Source: Candidatus Poribacteria bacterium
GTDB taxonomy: Bacteria; Poribacteria; WGA-4E; WGA-3G
Length of the DNA stretch: 64,000 nucleotides
Reading direction: 5' to 3'
Assembly: GCA_963665235.2 (NCBI GenBank)
Contig: CAXXLX010000002.1
Coordinates: forward strand, 768,001-832,000
Shown: one piece after another, positions 39,227 to 50,515 of the stretch
Layout: each line of letters starts with the position of its first letter
How positions within the stretch are numbered: the first letter of the stretch is position 1
The notes under the pieces: model-generated
Seen by the model: the letters and a program-made list of their open reading frames with translations, nothing else
The model's database searches: none
Told to the model about the DNA's origin: nothing
Program-made: the position numbers and the translations under genes

Positions 39227-41155
39227 ATGAGCAAGGTCATTGGAATTGATTTAGGAACAACAAATTCATGTGTAGCTGTCTTGGAAAGTGGCGATGCCAA
39301 GGTAATAGAGAACGCGGAAGGGAATCGGACGACTCCCTCGGTTGTCGGTTTTACCAAAGAGGGGGAGCGTCCCGTCGGGCAGGTCGCTAAGAGACAAGCT
39401 ATCACGAATCCCGAAAACACAATTTTTTCCATCAAACGGTTCATGGGACGAAAATATAGCGAGATTGGTGACGATGCCTCCCGTGTGCCTTATGAATTAA
39501 AAAGCGATAAAGATGGCAATATTGCGGTAGATATCGAGGGCAAAACGTATTCACCTCCTGAGATATCCGCGATGGTTTTGCGGAAGATGAAGGAAACCGC
39601 GGAGGCATACCTCGGTGAAGAGGTCACGCAAGCGGTTATCACTGTCCCCGCCTACTTTAACGATTCCCAACGTCAGGCGACAGCCGATGCGGGCAAAATC
39701 GCCGGGTTAGAGGTGCAGCGGATTATCAACGAACCGACTGCCGCCTCTCTTGCCTACGGGCTCCAAACTGAAGGCGAGCGGAAAATCGCCGTCTACGACC
39801 TCGGCGGCGGCACGTTCGATATCTCTATTCTTGAAATCGGCGATGGGGTCTTTGAAGTCAAAAGTACAAACGGGGATACACACCTCGGCGGTGACGACTT
39901 CGACCAAGCTGTTATTGACTGGATGGCACAGGAATTCCTCAGCAGCCAAGGCATCGACCTACGGAAAGATCAGATGGCTTTACAACGTTTGAAGGAGGCA
40001 GCGGAAACCGCAAAATGTGAACTCTCTAGCACGTTACAGACCGATATCAACCTCCCGTTTATCACTGTCGATGCAAGTGGGCCGAAGCATCTTAACTTGA
40101 CGCTCACCCGTGCGAAACTTGAGCAGATTACAGATGAACTCGTCGAACGTTCGCTCCAACCGTGCCGACAAGCCCTCGCGGATGCAGAAATGCAACCCTC
40201 CGATATTGACGAAGTTATACTGGTCGGGGGACAGACCCGGATGCCGAAAGTACAGGAAGCGGTGCAGCAGCTCTTCGAAAAAGAGCCGCACAAAGGGGTC
40301 AACCCGGACGAAGTCGTTGCAATCGGGGCAGCAATTCAGGGGGGTGTGCTCGCTGGCGATTCCGAAGTGAAAGATATTTTGTTACTGGATGTAACGCCAC
40401 TTTCACTCGGTATTGAAACGCTTGGCGGTATGTTTACGCGGTTAATCGAAAAGAATACCACAATTCCGACTAAGAAATCGGAGAAGTTCACAACCGCAGA
40501 AGATAGCCAGACAGCCGTCGATGTGCACGTCCTTCAGGGAGAACGGGAACAGGCGGTCTACAACAAAACCATCGGTCGGTTCCGCCTGAGCGATATACCC
40601 CCCGCTCCAAGAGGTGTACCTCAGATAGAGGTTACGTTTGATATTGACGCAAACGGAATTCTCAATGTGTCTGCGAAGGATACGGCAACGGGGAAGGAGC
40701 AGAAGATTACAATTACTGCCTCCTCCGGCCTCACGGACGCTGAAATTGAACAGATGGTGAAGGATGCTGAAGCGCACGCGGAAGAGGATAAACAGAAAAG
40801 AGAAGAGGTTGAAACTCGCAACCGTGCGGATTCTATGGTCTACGAAACCGAGAAAAACCTACAGGAATTTGGCGATAAGGTTGACGACGCTACGAAGGAA
40901 AAGGTGAGCACCGCGGTGGAACGTGTCAAGGAGGCCTTAGCAGCAAACAATCACGACGAAATCCAGTCCGCAACCGATGCACTCACACAAGCCTGGCATG
41001 AGGCTTCCGCACAGCTGTATCAACAGACAACAGCGGATGCCCCGGAGGACGCGCCTGAAGACGCACCCACCGAAGACGCTGATGATGACAATGTCGTTGA
41101 TGCTGAATACGAAGTCGTTGACGAGGACACGAATGAAGATGCGGAGAAAAATTAG
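39227..41155 (+). CDS. dnaK: Chaperone DnaK (canonical Hsp70)
   Basis: [48 protein letters not shown], lid and acidic tail. Confidence 0.98.
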   Translation: MSKVIGIDLGTTNSCVAVLESGDAKVIENAEGNRTTPSVVGFTKEGERPVGQVAKRQAITNPENTIFSIKRFMGRKYSEIGDDASRVPYELKSDKDGNIAVDIEGKTYSPPEISAMVLRKMKETAEAYLGEEVTQAVITVPAYFNDSQRQATADAGKIAGLEVQRIINEPTAASLAYGLQTEGERKIAVYDLGGGTFDISILEIGDGVFEVKSTNGDTHLGGDDFDQAVIDWMAQEFLSSQGIDLRKDQMALQRLKEAAETAKCELSSTLQTDINLPFITVDASGPKHLNLTLTRAKLEQITDELVERSLQPCRQALADAEMQPSDIDEVILVGGQTRMPKVQEAVQQLFEKEPHKGVNPDEVVAIGAAIQGGVLAGDSEVKDILLLDVTPLSLGIETLGGMFTRLIEKNTTIPTKKSEKFTTAEDSQTAVDVHVLQGEREQAVYNKTIGRFRLSDIPPAPRGVPQIEVTFDIDANGILNVSAKDTATGKEQKITITASSGLTDAEIEQMVKDAEAHAEEDKQKREEVETRNRADSMVYETEKNLQEFGDKVDDATKEKVSTAVERVKEALAANNHDEIQSATDALTQAWHEASAQLYQQTTADAPEDAPEDAPTEDADDDNVVDAEYEVVDEDTNEDAEKN

Positions 41156-41277
41156 GCGAAGTATTCGGACGTTGTAATCGCGCCCTTCACCCTTGTAGGC
41201 GCGCTGAACCCCCTATAGACAGGCTTTTAGGCGCGCGTCTGCTTGTCGGGTTTCTCTTCGTTCAACTTTCTACACAA

Positions 41278-41360
41278 ACCTAAGTTGCCACCTATAAATT
41301 TTTAGACTTGGGAACGCCGATTTTAGTCAAAAAATGATGATAATTATAACGTGAACTTCT
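41278..41360. repeat. Partial MITE (acctaagttgc family)
   Basis: About 42 bp match the reverse complement of 43660-43701. Confidence 0.65.
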
Positions 41361-41435
41361 ATGGGGCACCCTTATGCCACAAACTAGGAAGTTTGTGCTA
41401 CTATGTGGCAACTTTCTATACAAGAGGAACTATCG

Positions 41436-42041
41436 ATGTCTTATAGAGAGTTTACTTTAGAGGCAGTGGTGCCAGCATTTCAACTTGAGAAAATTGACAC
41501 CGTAGGTCTTTTTTCGGAGATAGAACCGGTAGTGCCAAGCGCAGCACTCACCGCGGACTTGAAAAAAAAGGTACCCTTAGCTACCACTATCGGCACCGAG
41601 AAAGCACGTTCCGAATTGATTGTTATCAATTTGCTGGTTGAACTTCGGGAACACTATAATCGGCGCATCAGCCTCTTTTCAGGGATTGACTTCAACGTTG
41701 ATGCCGACGCAGGTTTGAACGGCGTGTGCGATTTTTTAGTGAGCCTGTCGCCTAACCAATTTTATTTGGAGGCACCTATCATTAGCCTTGTTGGGGCGAA
41801 AAACATTGACGTGAAACTTGGACTTGGGCAGTGTGTGGCAGAAATGCTCGCTGCCCAACGGTTTAATGCTGAAAAAGGGAATGACATCCCTAGCATTTAT
41901 GGTGCCTCCACGACAGGGGTAAATTGGCAGTTTCTCAAGTTGTCGGAAAAATGTCTCCATATTGATATGGTAACCTATACCATCGAACGGTGCGACAGAA
42001 TTCTCGGTATACTGTCCAGCATGGTTGCACAGAAGCCGTGA
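41436..42041 (+). CDS. Hypothetical PD-(D/E)XK-like protein
   Basis: EKARSE.I, L.G.CDF, GLGQCVAEM.AAQ, TTG..WQFL; expected EAK motif reads GAK. Confidence 0.65.
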   Translation: MSYREFTLEAVVPAFQLEKIDTVGLFSEIEPVVPSAALTADLKKKVPLATTIGTEKARSELIVINLLVELREHYNRRISLFSGIDFNVDADAGLNGVCDFLVSLSPNQFYLEAPIISLVGAKNIDVKLGLGQCVAEMLAAQRFNAEKGNDIPSIYGASTTGVNWQFLKLSEKCLHIDMVTYTIERCDRILGILSSMVAQKP

Positions 42042-42128
42042 CATTCTGTCAACCGATTAGATAAGAAAATAGGCAGATACCGTGTCCGATACCTGCCTAT
42101 GCTTACTGTGATTTTGGATTTGTCTGAC

Positions 42129-42330
42129 CTACTGCTTCAGCACTCCCCACGTTACTTTTTTTTCCCCGATAGGGGATACAGATAGCACATCGTCACTTAT
42201 CCAATCTAGTGTCGCATCCTTGCCCGGGTGGTCTGTTAGCTGCGTTCTCACACCTGTCTCAATATGATACTTATAGATATTGGCTGGGGGGAACACAAAC
42301 GTGAAATCAGACGGACAGAGGTCAGACGGG
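42129..42330 (-). pseudogene. 3' remnant of a TolB-like propeller gene with TWG-K tail
   Basis: IYKY..ETG.R.QLTDHPG.D...DWISD.VLSVSP.G.KKVTWG.LK, no upstream body. Confidence 0.6.
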
Positions 42331-42498
42331 TGGAGCCATTCAATCCGCAATTTAGACAATTCCCATTATAACAGAAAGTTCCGCAAAAGTCAAATAAAAA
42401 AGAGTGTGTAAAGCATTTCTCTAGGTGTTGACAAAAAAAGCGAAATAGACTAAAATATGTTCAAGATTGAGAGCTACAGCTACAAAAGGGAAAAAATT

Positions 42499-43545
42499 AT
42501 GCGAATCAGAAAAGTTGTCATGAGGAATGAAGCCGGCCGTATCTGGACAGAGGAGCAGGAAACGCCTGCACTGAAACCGGGACAGCTACTAATTGAGGTC
42601 TTCACCTCGATGGTCAGTCCTGGGACGGAGCTGGGGGGTATGAAACGGAGACGCGAGAACCCGGGGTCCGAGGCACACAAACGTCCGTTCGGATATACCA
42701 ACGCAGGGAGAGTCATCGAGACATCGGGAGATTGCGATGAATTTGAGGTCGGGGACAGAGTCGCAGGCATGGGCGGGGGGTACGCGCTGCATGCAACTTA
42801 TGCATGTGTGCCGCATAACCTGTGCGCTAAAATTCCCGATAACGTCAAGGATGAACACGCCGCATCTATTCACCTCGCGGCGACAGCATTGCATGCGGTG
42901 CAACGTGGCCGTATTCGTATCGGTGAAAACGTTGTCGTAGCGGGATTGGGCATCGTTGGGCAGTTTGCCTGCCAGATAGCTAAAGCCGCGGGAGCCTATG
43001 TGCTTGGAATGGACCGATTGCCGTTGCGGCTCGAGATTGCACAAAATGCTGGAATAGACCTCACAATAAATGTCTCTGAAACCGACCCGATTCCGATTGC
43101 AAAGGAATTCACCAGGGGGTATGGCATGGACTGCGGAATTATCGCATTCGGTGGCGATGCTACAAGTGCTTTTCAGCAGATTCGCGCAATGTTAAAAACA
43201 GCACCGGATACACACAAGATGGGCAGGATTGTCATTGTCGGCGGTGCGAGCATTACACACGGTTTCGCAGCAGGACTCGGCAACGTCGACGTTATCAGCG
43301 CAGCACGCACCGGTCCCGGGTACCACGATGAAGCTTATGAACACGGCGCGGAGTATCCACCTGTGTTCGTCCCGTGGCCGACACAACGTAACTTGGAATT
43401 ATCGCTGCGTCTCATGTCGGAAAACAGAATCAAGGTACAACCGTTGATTACGGATATCGTGCCGATTGACCAAGCCACAGAAGGATGCGAAAAACTAATC
43501 CAAACTCCAAACGAGGCGTTAGGGGTTATCTTTTCAATGCAATAA
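42499..43545 (+). CDS. Zinc-type alcohol dehydrogenase-like (MDR) protein
   Basis: SMVSPGTE, GY.N.GRV, GLGIVGQ; TTGACA-17-TAAAAT promoter at 42428. Confidence 0.88.
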   Translation: MRIRKVVMRNEAGRIWTEEQETPALKPGQLLIEVFTSMVSPGTELGGMKRRRENPGSEAHKRPFGYTNAGRVIETSGDCDEFEVGDRVAGMGGGYALHATYACVPHNLCAKIPDNVKDEHAASIHLAATALHAVQRGRIRIGENVVVAGLGIVGQFACQIAKAAGAYVLGMDRLPLRLEIAQNAGIDLTINVSETDPIPIAKEFTRGYGMDCGIIAFGGDATSAFQQIRAMLKTAPDTHKMGRIVIVGGASITHGFAAGLGNVDVISAARTGPGYHDEAYEHGAEYPPVFVPWPTQRNLELSLRLMSENRIKVQPLITDIVPIDQATEGCEKLIQTPNEALGVIFSMQ

Positions 43546-43549
43546 GATA

Positions 43550-43701
43550 ACCTAAGTTGCCACATAGTAGCATAATCTTCCAGATTGTGCATATTTGTGT
43601 GCAAATTGGAAGTGAACGGGACAAATATTAGCTAATTATCAGCATATTTTCATTAAAGACGGTGTTTCCAGGTCTAAAAACTTATAAGTAGCAACTTGGG
43701 T
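43550..43701. mobile_element. MITE with 11-bp TIRs and 7-bp target duplication
   Basis: acctaagttgc...gcaacttgggt flanked by TAAGATA at 43543-43549 and 43702-43708. Confidence 0.8.
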
Positions 43702-43713
43702 TAAGATACAAAA

Positions 43714-44946
43714 ATGGAAATTAGAGAAGCACAAGAATCGGAATTGGAACAGGTCGTTGAACTTAACTGCATGGCGTTCAATCCGAACCAGCAGGAACGT
43801 TACTGGCAATACGTCCGAGGGGACAGCAGCTATAGACCTTCACAGACGCGGGTAGTCGTTGTAAACAATAAGGTTGTATCAACTTTACGCGTCTGGGAAC
43901 GGCGGATACGGGTTGGTGCATCTCTCGTGACGATGGGGGGCATCGGCGGTGTCTGCACAGATGAAAAGTACCGCGGGGTCGGATATGCCTCCGCGCTTAT
44001 GCGGCAGACAATTGATTATCTACAGCTAATCGGATGTGACCTCGGCGTGCTGTTTACTATCATTCCAGAGGAATTTTACCACAGATTCGGATGGACCTCC
44101 TTGCCACTACACGGTTTCACGATAAAGTTGAACTCGGCAACGATAGCTGAAAGACCATCGGACTGGCAGATTAGGGGTTTCAATTCAGAAACGGATTTAG
44201 ACGTAGTGGCAAAAATCTATGATATTGCTAATGCCCAACGGAGCGGCACTCTCTCGCGCACACGTGCCTATTGGGATATGCAACCTTCCCGTATCCGCGG
44301 TATCCTGCCAACCGTTGTCGCCACCGCCACAGGAGAAGCATCCAACTCCAATATAGGCGGATATCTCACCTATCAGATAGATGAAAAGTGTGCCGAGGTC
44401 CATGAAGTTGGACATCTCCCTGAAAATCCGGATATTTTAGACGCGCTTGTGTGCCACCTTTTACAAACGTGCACAGCAGATGGCGTTGAAGAGATAAAGG
44501 GCATGTTTTCACCGAAACACCCATTTGTAGAACGCCTTATTGTTAGGAGCAACGGAACATTAGGCACAATTACGGATACAGCAATGATGCTCTATGCCGT
44601 AAATTTACCGGTGCTTCTGCGCCGCCTTGTGGTAGGGTGGGAGTCACAAATTGCTGCTGCTGAGGAATCGTTTCCACAACTCGCTGTCAAATTTCCCACT
44701 GTCAACGGTCAACAGGCTGTATTGCATTACAACGGCAACGACACAATCCAAATCGTGGAGAACGCATCGGATGCGGTTCACTTGGAAATAATAATAAGTG
44801 AAGAAGATTTTTGGCAGCTGCTGTTCGGTGAAATAGGGTGGGCACAAGTCAATTCAGAGGACTCGGTGCCCTCGGAGGTCTCTCGATTTTTAGCCACGCT
44901 TTTCCCTAAACGTGATGTAATTTTTTGGTATCCCGACCGGTATTGA
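43714..44946 (+). CDS. Eis-like GNAT acetyltransferase
   Basis: GGIGGVCT...YRG.GYAS.LM, FY.RFGW, SCP-like C-terminus. Confidence 0.85.
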   Translation: MEIREAQESELEQVVELNCMAFNPNQQERYWQYVRGDSSYRPSQTRVVVVNNKVVSTLRVWERRIRVGASLVTMGGIGGVCTDEKYRGVGYASALMRQTIDYLQLIGCDLGVLFTIIPEEFYHRFGWTSLPLHGFTIKLNSATIAERPSDWQIRGFNSETDLDVVAKIYDIANAQRSGTLSRTRAYWDMQPSRIRGILPTVVATATGEASNSNIGGYLTYQIDEKCAEVHEVGHLPENPDILDALVCHLLQTCTADGVEEIKGMFSPKHPFVERLIVRSNGTLGTITDTAMMLYAVNLPVLLRRLVVGWESQIAAAEESFPQLAVKFPTVNGQQAVLHYNGNDTIQIVENASDAVHLEIIISEEDFWQLLFGEIGWAQVNSEDSVPSEVSRFLATLFPKRDVIFWYPDRY

Positions 44947-44962
44947 GGCAGAACAGTAAGAC

Positions 44963-45877
44963 ATGGCTAAAACAGACTCGAAACCTAAACGGCAAGGCAC
45001 ACAGACAAGCGCGTTCGGAGTATCCAAGCGGAGCGGCCACGACTCCAGTGAATTTTATGCCGGTAAACTCTACACCGATCAGCAACCCCCCGAACCTGAA
45101 ACGTGGATAGAAAACCCGATTCCCGCTGAAAACCTTGACCAACTCTATTGTGCCTCCAGCACACAGATGAACGCCGTTCCGGATGAAAGTATTCACCTCA
45201 TGGTTACGTCACCACCGTACAACGCCAAAAAGGAATACGACGATGATTTGTCGTTGGACGAGTATAGAGAGCTCCTCCGGGCAGTCTTTACCGAAACCTA
45301 CAAAAAATTGGTTACCGGGGGGCGGGCGTGTATCAATATCGCCAATTTAGGTCGGAAACCGTACATCCCGCTGCATAGCTACATCATAGAGGATATGCTG
45401 AACATAGGCTACTATATGCGGGGTGAAATTATCTGGGATAAAGCCTCAAGTGCAGGGAGTTCTACGGCATGGGGAAGTTGGCTCTCCGCGGCGAACCCGG
45501 TGTTGAGAGATGTCCACGAATATATTCTCGTCTTTTCCAAAGGCTCCTTTCATAGAAAACCGAACGGAAAAGAGAATTCCATTCGCAAAGCCGATTTCTT
45601 AGAATGGACAAAAAGTGTTTGGACGTTTCCCGCTGTTTCAGCCAAACGTATCGGTCACCCCGCCCCCTTTCCTGAAGAGTTGCCGCATCGCTTAATTCAG
45701 CTTTACACCTTCGTGGGGGATGTCGTGTTGGATCCGTTTTGTGGGAGCGGTACGACCTGTTTAAGTGCTGTGAAATCGCAACGACACTACATCGGATACG
45801 ATATTGAGGAGAAATATATCAAATTGGCAAACGAACGGATTAAACAGTACACCGCTCAGCTCCGTTTGCCAATATGA
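44963..45877 (+). CDS. Orphan N4-C/N6-A DNA methyltransferase
   Basis: TSPPY, HPAPFP, VLDPFCGSGTT. Confidence 0.92.
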   Translation: MAKTDSKPKRQGTQTSAFGVSKRSGHDSSEFYAGKLYTDQQPPEPETWIENPIPAENLDQLYCASSTQMNAVPDESIHLMVTSPPYNAKKEYDDDLSLDEYRELLRAVFTETYKKLVTGGRACINIANLGRKPYIPLHSYIIEDMLNIGYYMRGEIIWDKASSAGSSTAWGSWLSAANPVLRDVHEYILVFSKGSFHRKPNGKENSIRKADFLEWTKSVWTFPAVSAKRIGHPAPFPEELPHRLIQLYTFVGDVVLDPFCGSGTTCLSAVKSQRHYIGYDIEEKYIKLANERIKQYTAQLRLPI

Positions 45878-45895
45878 TTACGGCTACCACACCTG

Positions 45896-48214
45896 CTACG
45901 TCGAAAGTGTATACGTCTTTCCTGCTGCCGTGTCGAACGTCACAACTGAATCCGATACGGCTGCTTTAACCGGTTGCTCCTCACATGCCACCGAAACGGT
46001 GCTCGATGTTCGGACAGTACAGTCTCTACCGAGTGCGGAACGGATTTTCGCCTCGGTGAGTTTTCCGTTTTCCCACGTCATATCCACTTCAAACCCGCCG
46101 CGGGCACGCAACCCTTTGACGTATCCTGTGTCCCATGCCTTCGGAAGGGCAGGCAGTAGGTTAATTTCACCTGCATGGCTCTGTAGCAACATTTCAGCGA
46201 TACCAGAGGTTCCACCGAAATTGCCATCAATCTGGAACGGTGGATGTGTATCAAAGAGGTTAGTCAGGGTACACTTGGCGAGAAGTGCTTGGAGATGGGT
46301 GTATGCTCCTTCAGCATCCTCAAACCTTGCGAAAAAGTTGATAAGCCATGCCCGACTCCATCCTGTCTGTCCACCGCCGTGTTGCAACCGATATTCCAGC
46401 GATTTTTTCGCTGCGGCTGCTAATTCTGGTGTGCCGCGCAAGGTAATTTGGCAACTCGGGTGGAGCCCATACATGTGCGACATGTGTCGATGCCCGGGTT
46501 CCGGTTCGTCGTAATCGAACACCCATTCCTGCAACCGTCCTGTCTTTTCGCTGATTTGGAGCGGGGCGAGCCGTTCGAGGGCGGAGGCCAACTCTGCCCG
46601 GAGGTCCGCATCTCCGCCGAGGATATCAATAGCAGCGATGCAATTGGTAAAAAGCTCGTGGATAATCTCCAAGTCCATCGTTGCAGCGTAGGTAAAAAGG
46701 GAACGGTTGCCATCAGGTTTCAGGAAACTGTTTTCAGGTGAGTGAGAGGGGTTCGTCACGAGTGTTCCTGCAAGCGGTGTGCCTTCCGGTGCCTCGACGA
46801 GAAAATCGAGGATAAAACGGGCTGCCCCCTTCATCAACGGATAGGCTTGTCTCTTCAGGTATTCCACATCTTCTCCGAAAAGGTAGTGTTCCCACACGTG
46901 TTCACATAACCATGCGGCCCCCATGGGCCAGACACCCCACACCCCATCCGCGGGTGTGGTAAACCCCCAGATATCGGTAAGATGATGGACGACCCATCCC
47001 TCAGCACCGTAATGAATTTTCGCTGTCCGATTTCCGGGTTCAACGAGCGATTCCATTAGGTCAAACAGCGGCGTATGGCACTCTGGCAGGTTACAAATTT
47101 CGGGCACCCAGTAGTTCATCTGGACATTGATATTGGTGTGGTAATCACTGTTCCAGGGGGCGTTCATGTGTTCGTTCCATACGCCTTGAAGATTAGCGGG
47201 GAGACATCCAGGGCGTGAGCTTCCCATCAATAGATAACGTCCGTATTGAAAGTAAAGAGCGACAAGCCCGGCATCTGACGCGCCCTCCTTGACAGCAGCT
47301 AAACGTTCGTCGGTTGGAAGATTTTCCGCTTCAGTTGAACCGAGATTTAAATCAACCCTTCTGAAAAGGGATTGATGTTCAGCGATGTGCTCTGTCCGAA
47401 TGTCCTGATAGGATTTGCCATCGACGGCTGACAGATACGTTTCGCAACGTTCGTGTGGATTGGCACTTGCATCTGTCTGGTTGATGTAGCTTGTCGCAGC
47501 GGCGATGAAGAGTGTCACAGCATCAGCATCGCTCACAGAGATGCCGTCGTTTTTCGCTTGCGAAGTGCCCCCTTCAACGTTCACCTGTAAATATGCTGCA
47601 AAACGTAGCACCCCATCATTGCCACACTGGCCGTCGAGACGTAGTAAATTGTTATCTATCGCTTCAACGGTGGCATCCTGTTCGCGTGTCATCGTTATAT
47701 CAAAATTGAGTTTTCCCGGTGGTTCGCTTTCAACCCTAACAACGATAAGATTGTCCACTGCTGTAGCAAAGACCTCTCTGCTGAAATTAAGCTCCCCTTG
47801 TTGGTAAGTTGTGTTTGCGATACCGGTATCCAAATCCAATTCTCGGCGATATGCTGTCACTTCAGCGTCGTTCGAAAAATCGAGGAACAGATTGCCTAGG
47901 GACTGGTAGGATTTGATCCGTTTCTCTATTCCGTGCAACATTTCGCTTGCGAGTTGGGTTGCCTCTTCGTTTTTATCGTCAAAGAGCAGTTGTCGCACCT
48001 TCGGGAGTGCTTCCAAAGCCTTTGGACTATTGTTATCATTATCGCCGATGCGAGGGCCGCCATCCCAAAGTGTTTCTTCGTTGAGTTGGATGCGTTCGCG
48101 TTCCACGCCGCCGAACACCATTGCGCCGAGCCGTCCGTTTCCGACAGGCAGCGCGTCTGTCCACGCCCCGGCTGGTTTGTTATACCATAAGGTAAATTTT
48201 TTATCATTTTTCAT
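45896..48214 (-). CDS. GH95 alpha-1,2-L-fucosidase
   Basis: [48 protein letters not shown]. Confidence 0.95.
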   Translation of the reverse strand: MKNDKKFTLWYNKPAGAWTDALPVGNGRLGAMVFGGVERERIQLNEETLWDGGPRIGDNDNNSPKALEALPKVRQLLFDDKNEEATQLASEMLHGIEKRIKSYQSLGNLFLDFSNDAEVTAYRRELDLDTGIANTTYQQGELNFSREVFATAVDNLIVVRVESEPPGKLNFDITMTREQDATVEAIDNNLLRLDGQCGNDGVLRFAAYLQVNVEGGTSQAKNDGISVSDADAVTLFIAAATSYINQTDASANPHERCETYLSAVDGKSYQDIRTEHIAEHQSLFRRVDLNLGSTEAENLPTDERLAAVKEGASDAGLVALYFQYGRYLLMGSSRPGCLPANLQGVWNEHMNAPWNSDYHTNINVQMNYWVPEICNLPECHTPLFDLMESLVEPGNRTAKIHYGAEGWVVHHLTDIWGFTTPADGVWGVWPMGAAWLCEHVWEHYLFGEDVEYLKRQAYPLMKGAARFILDFLVEAPEGTPLAGTLVTNPSHSPENSFLKPDGNRSLFTYAATMDLEIIHELFTNCIAAIDILGGDADLRAELASALERLAPLQISEKTGRLQEWVFDYDEPEPGHRHMSHMYGLHPSCQITLRGTPELAAAAKKSLEYRLQHGGGQTGWSRAWLINFFARFEDAEGAYTHLQALLAKCTLTNLFDTHPPFQIDGNFGGTSGIAEMLLQSHAGEINLLPALPKAWDTGYVKGLRARGGFEVDMTWENGKLTEAKIRSALGRDCTVRTSSTVSVACEEQPVKAAVSDSVVTFDTAAGKTYTLST

Positions 48215-48278
48215 CAGTTAATGCCTCTCTTGTAATTACATTTATATCCACAAATGAATCAAAACAGGTTATGTAAGA

Positions 48279-49649
48279 TTAAGATTTAAAACGTACATCC
48301 CAAGCACATCGAAACCCGATATTTGCGGTAAACCTTGCTGAGTACTGAGAGAAGAGCGTGGTGAGAAAAGGCGAACCTCCATGGCGTGCAGCAATTTGAT
48401 TAGGTTTTGACGAAGTAAAATACGAACCACCTCGCAATACGCGATTATTTGTAATCTCCCAGAAGTCCGAAATTAATATGTCAAAATCCTCTTTCGAGTT
48501 TACACCCGCAATTGGATTCTGTAGCGGTGAATTTCCATAAAAAGCGATTTGATACGCATCAAGACACCACTCCCATACGTTTCCTACTATATCATGCAAA
48601 CCGTAATTGTTTGCTGGATATTTTCCGACAGATATAGTTTCACCAGCATTCTCACCACAATGCGCTTTGTCTGAATTCAAAGCGTCGCCCCATGGGTATT
48701 TTTGGCCTGTTAAGCCCCCCCGTGCTGCTTTTTCCCATTCCGCTTCTGACAGTAAACGTTTACCGCTCCATTTTGCATACGCCATCGCCGCATACCAACT
48801 GACATGAGTCACAGGATGGTCCCCTTTTCCAGCCGGAAAGTTGTTCCTATTCCAATGTTTTAGATAGTTTCCATCGTGGTATCTTCCAAGTCCAAGGATA
48901 GATAACCTCTTTTTTGCCTTATTCCACGCGTCCCGTTCCGATAGCTTCCGCCATTTGGGATTAGCCTCAATGAACATCTTATATTGTGCATTCGTCACCG
49001 GATATTTATCCACACAGAACGCATCAACGTAGACTGCATGCTCTCGATTTTCACGGGTATTCCACCATTCTTGGCTTCCCATTTGAAACTCGCCCGCTGG
49101 GATGAGCACCATATCTTCTGGGACTGAGACGCTTAAGGATGTTTGTTCGGAGGTGGAAGATTCCTCGGTTTCAGGTGTAGTCAATTCCTCTACCGAGATA
49201 GGCTCGGTCGGTTGTGGTATTTTAGTTTGTAGTGCTGCGATATGTTCCACCCGTTTTTGTGGGTCTTTCAACGTATCCCGTGCTTGATTTAGAACGGTTC
49301 GCCACTGTTCCTGCGTCCTACCGTCCGGACGCGGAAGTCCGCCCGCCTGCAACGAGGCACTATACTGCTTTTTATGTGCTTCATCAATGCGGGTCAAGAT
49401 GAAGGTTTCATCCCGATTTTCAAATTCATCTACCGAAAACCCAAGCACTTCAAAATAGTTTACACTTTCCCCCACAATTAGTCCTGAGGCTTTCAGAATC
49501 TCATCCGCTTCCGCTGCGGAGAGCCCAAACTGCTGCACCGCTTGCTGGAGAAGCCCGATGCGCTGTTCGTCGGTAATCGTTTTTGATAACGTTTTGAGTG
49601 TGTTGACAACTCTAATGAATTCGTCGTGGCTATCGGTATGTTGGTTCAT
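48279..49649 (-). CDS. J-like domain + FGE-sulfatase (SUMF1) domain protein, paralogue 3
   Basis: NYFEVLG...RPDG...LNQARDTLKDP.KR; IPAGEFQMG, EAEWEKAARGG, GNVWEW, RVLRGGS...GFRC. Confidence 0.85.
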   Translation of the reverse strand: MNQHTDSHDEFIRVVNTLKTLSKTITDEQRIGLLQQAVQQFGLSAAEADEILKASGLIVGESVNYFEVLGFSVDEFENRDETFILTRIDEAHKKQYSASLQAGGLPRPDGRTQEQWRTVLNQARDTLKDPQKRVEHIAALQTKIPQPTEPISVEELTTPETEESSTSEQTSLSVSVPEDMVLIPAGEFQMGSQEWWNTRENREHAVYVDAFCVDKYPVTNAQYKMFIEANPKWRKLSERDAWNKAKKRLSILGLGRYHDGNYLKHWNRNNFPAGKGDHPVTHVSWYAAMAYAKWSGKRLLSEAEWEKAARGGLTGQKYPWGDALNSDKAHCGENAGETISVGKYPANNYGLHDIVGNVWEWCLDAYQIAFYGNSPLQNPIAGVNSKEDFDILISDFWEITNNRVLRGGSYFTSSKPNQIAARHGGSPFLTTLFSQYSARFTANIGFRCAWDVRFKS

Positions 49650-49826
49650 GTTTTCCGTTCTCTAAATTCTGTTTTTTTCGGGCATCTGCGGATTACCATA
49701 GAGGGGATTCAGCTAGGCGAGACTGGTTAATAGTTGCGTTTAATTCGTAGCGTTCAGCAACTGACTCGACAAGCTCCAGTAACCATCGGTATGTTGGTTC
49801 ATGTTTTCCGTTCTCTAAATTCTGTT
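49632..49826. repeat. 42-bp direct repeat (49632-49673, 49785-49826) containing the start of paralogue 3
   Basis: atcggtatgttggttcatgttttccgttctctaaattctgtt exact twice. Confidence 0.9.
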
Positions 49827-50310
49827 AGGTTTTTTCGCTCTCACTTCTCGCTCATGCAAAACTCCTTCGCTTGTGCAGATAGGGAGATAATGTGTCTACT
49901 TCAGGTATTTGATCGCCATCGTAGTCAAGATATTGAACCCTTCCGATATGAAATTGCTCGTTGGTTCCGAGACTTTTTACAAAAGACTCAAAGCGAGTTT
50001 TAATTGCAATACCTCCTTGGGTGCTAGAGTACAATTTCCACATCGCCTCTGATTCGTGTGTGCTTTCGTGCCAACAACTAATCAACGTAAAACGCGGTAA
50101 TTGCTGCATCACGGGGGCATACATATTGCTTTCTTCATCACGGAACGAATCTATGTTTCTCCTAGGTAATGAGCCCTCAAAAGGGTCCCCCAATTTGTCC
50201 GCCCTTGCGAAAAATAGGGCACCATTTTCCAAAATTGAGACAAATTTTGTGAAATCCATGTACCTCCACAAAATTGCGTCTGTGTGAGGGAGGTTGTGAA
50301 CACAAAACAT
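49693..50310 (-). pseudogene. DUF2971-like gene, frameshifted and internally disrupted
   Basis: LWRYMDFTKF, DPFEG, SCWH...ESEAMWKLY, KR.SF/HEREVR frameshift; detached tail LLELVESVAERYEL...PLW*. Confidence 0.7.
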
Positions 50311-50515
50311 AAATAAAAATTCCGGTACTAGTTGACGTGCGGGTTTTGCCCAATCTGAGCATTTGTTAGTGTAACAGATTCTATGCAATAAGACTTCTAC
50401 TTCGTGCCCTGCGGCATATAAGGTTGTCGCTCGAGACTTCTTATCCTTGTCAATTTCTAAGATCTACTCAGGACCAGGTGAGATGTTTACGCGTTCCGCT
50501 ACGTGCACAGGCAGT

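Noticed and set aside
45804-46514. 236-aa plus-strand ORF
   Set aside because: Antisense to the well-supported GH95 gene
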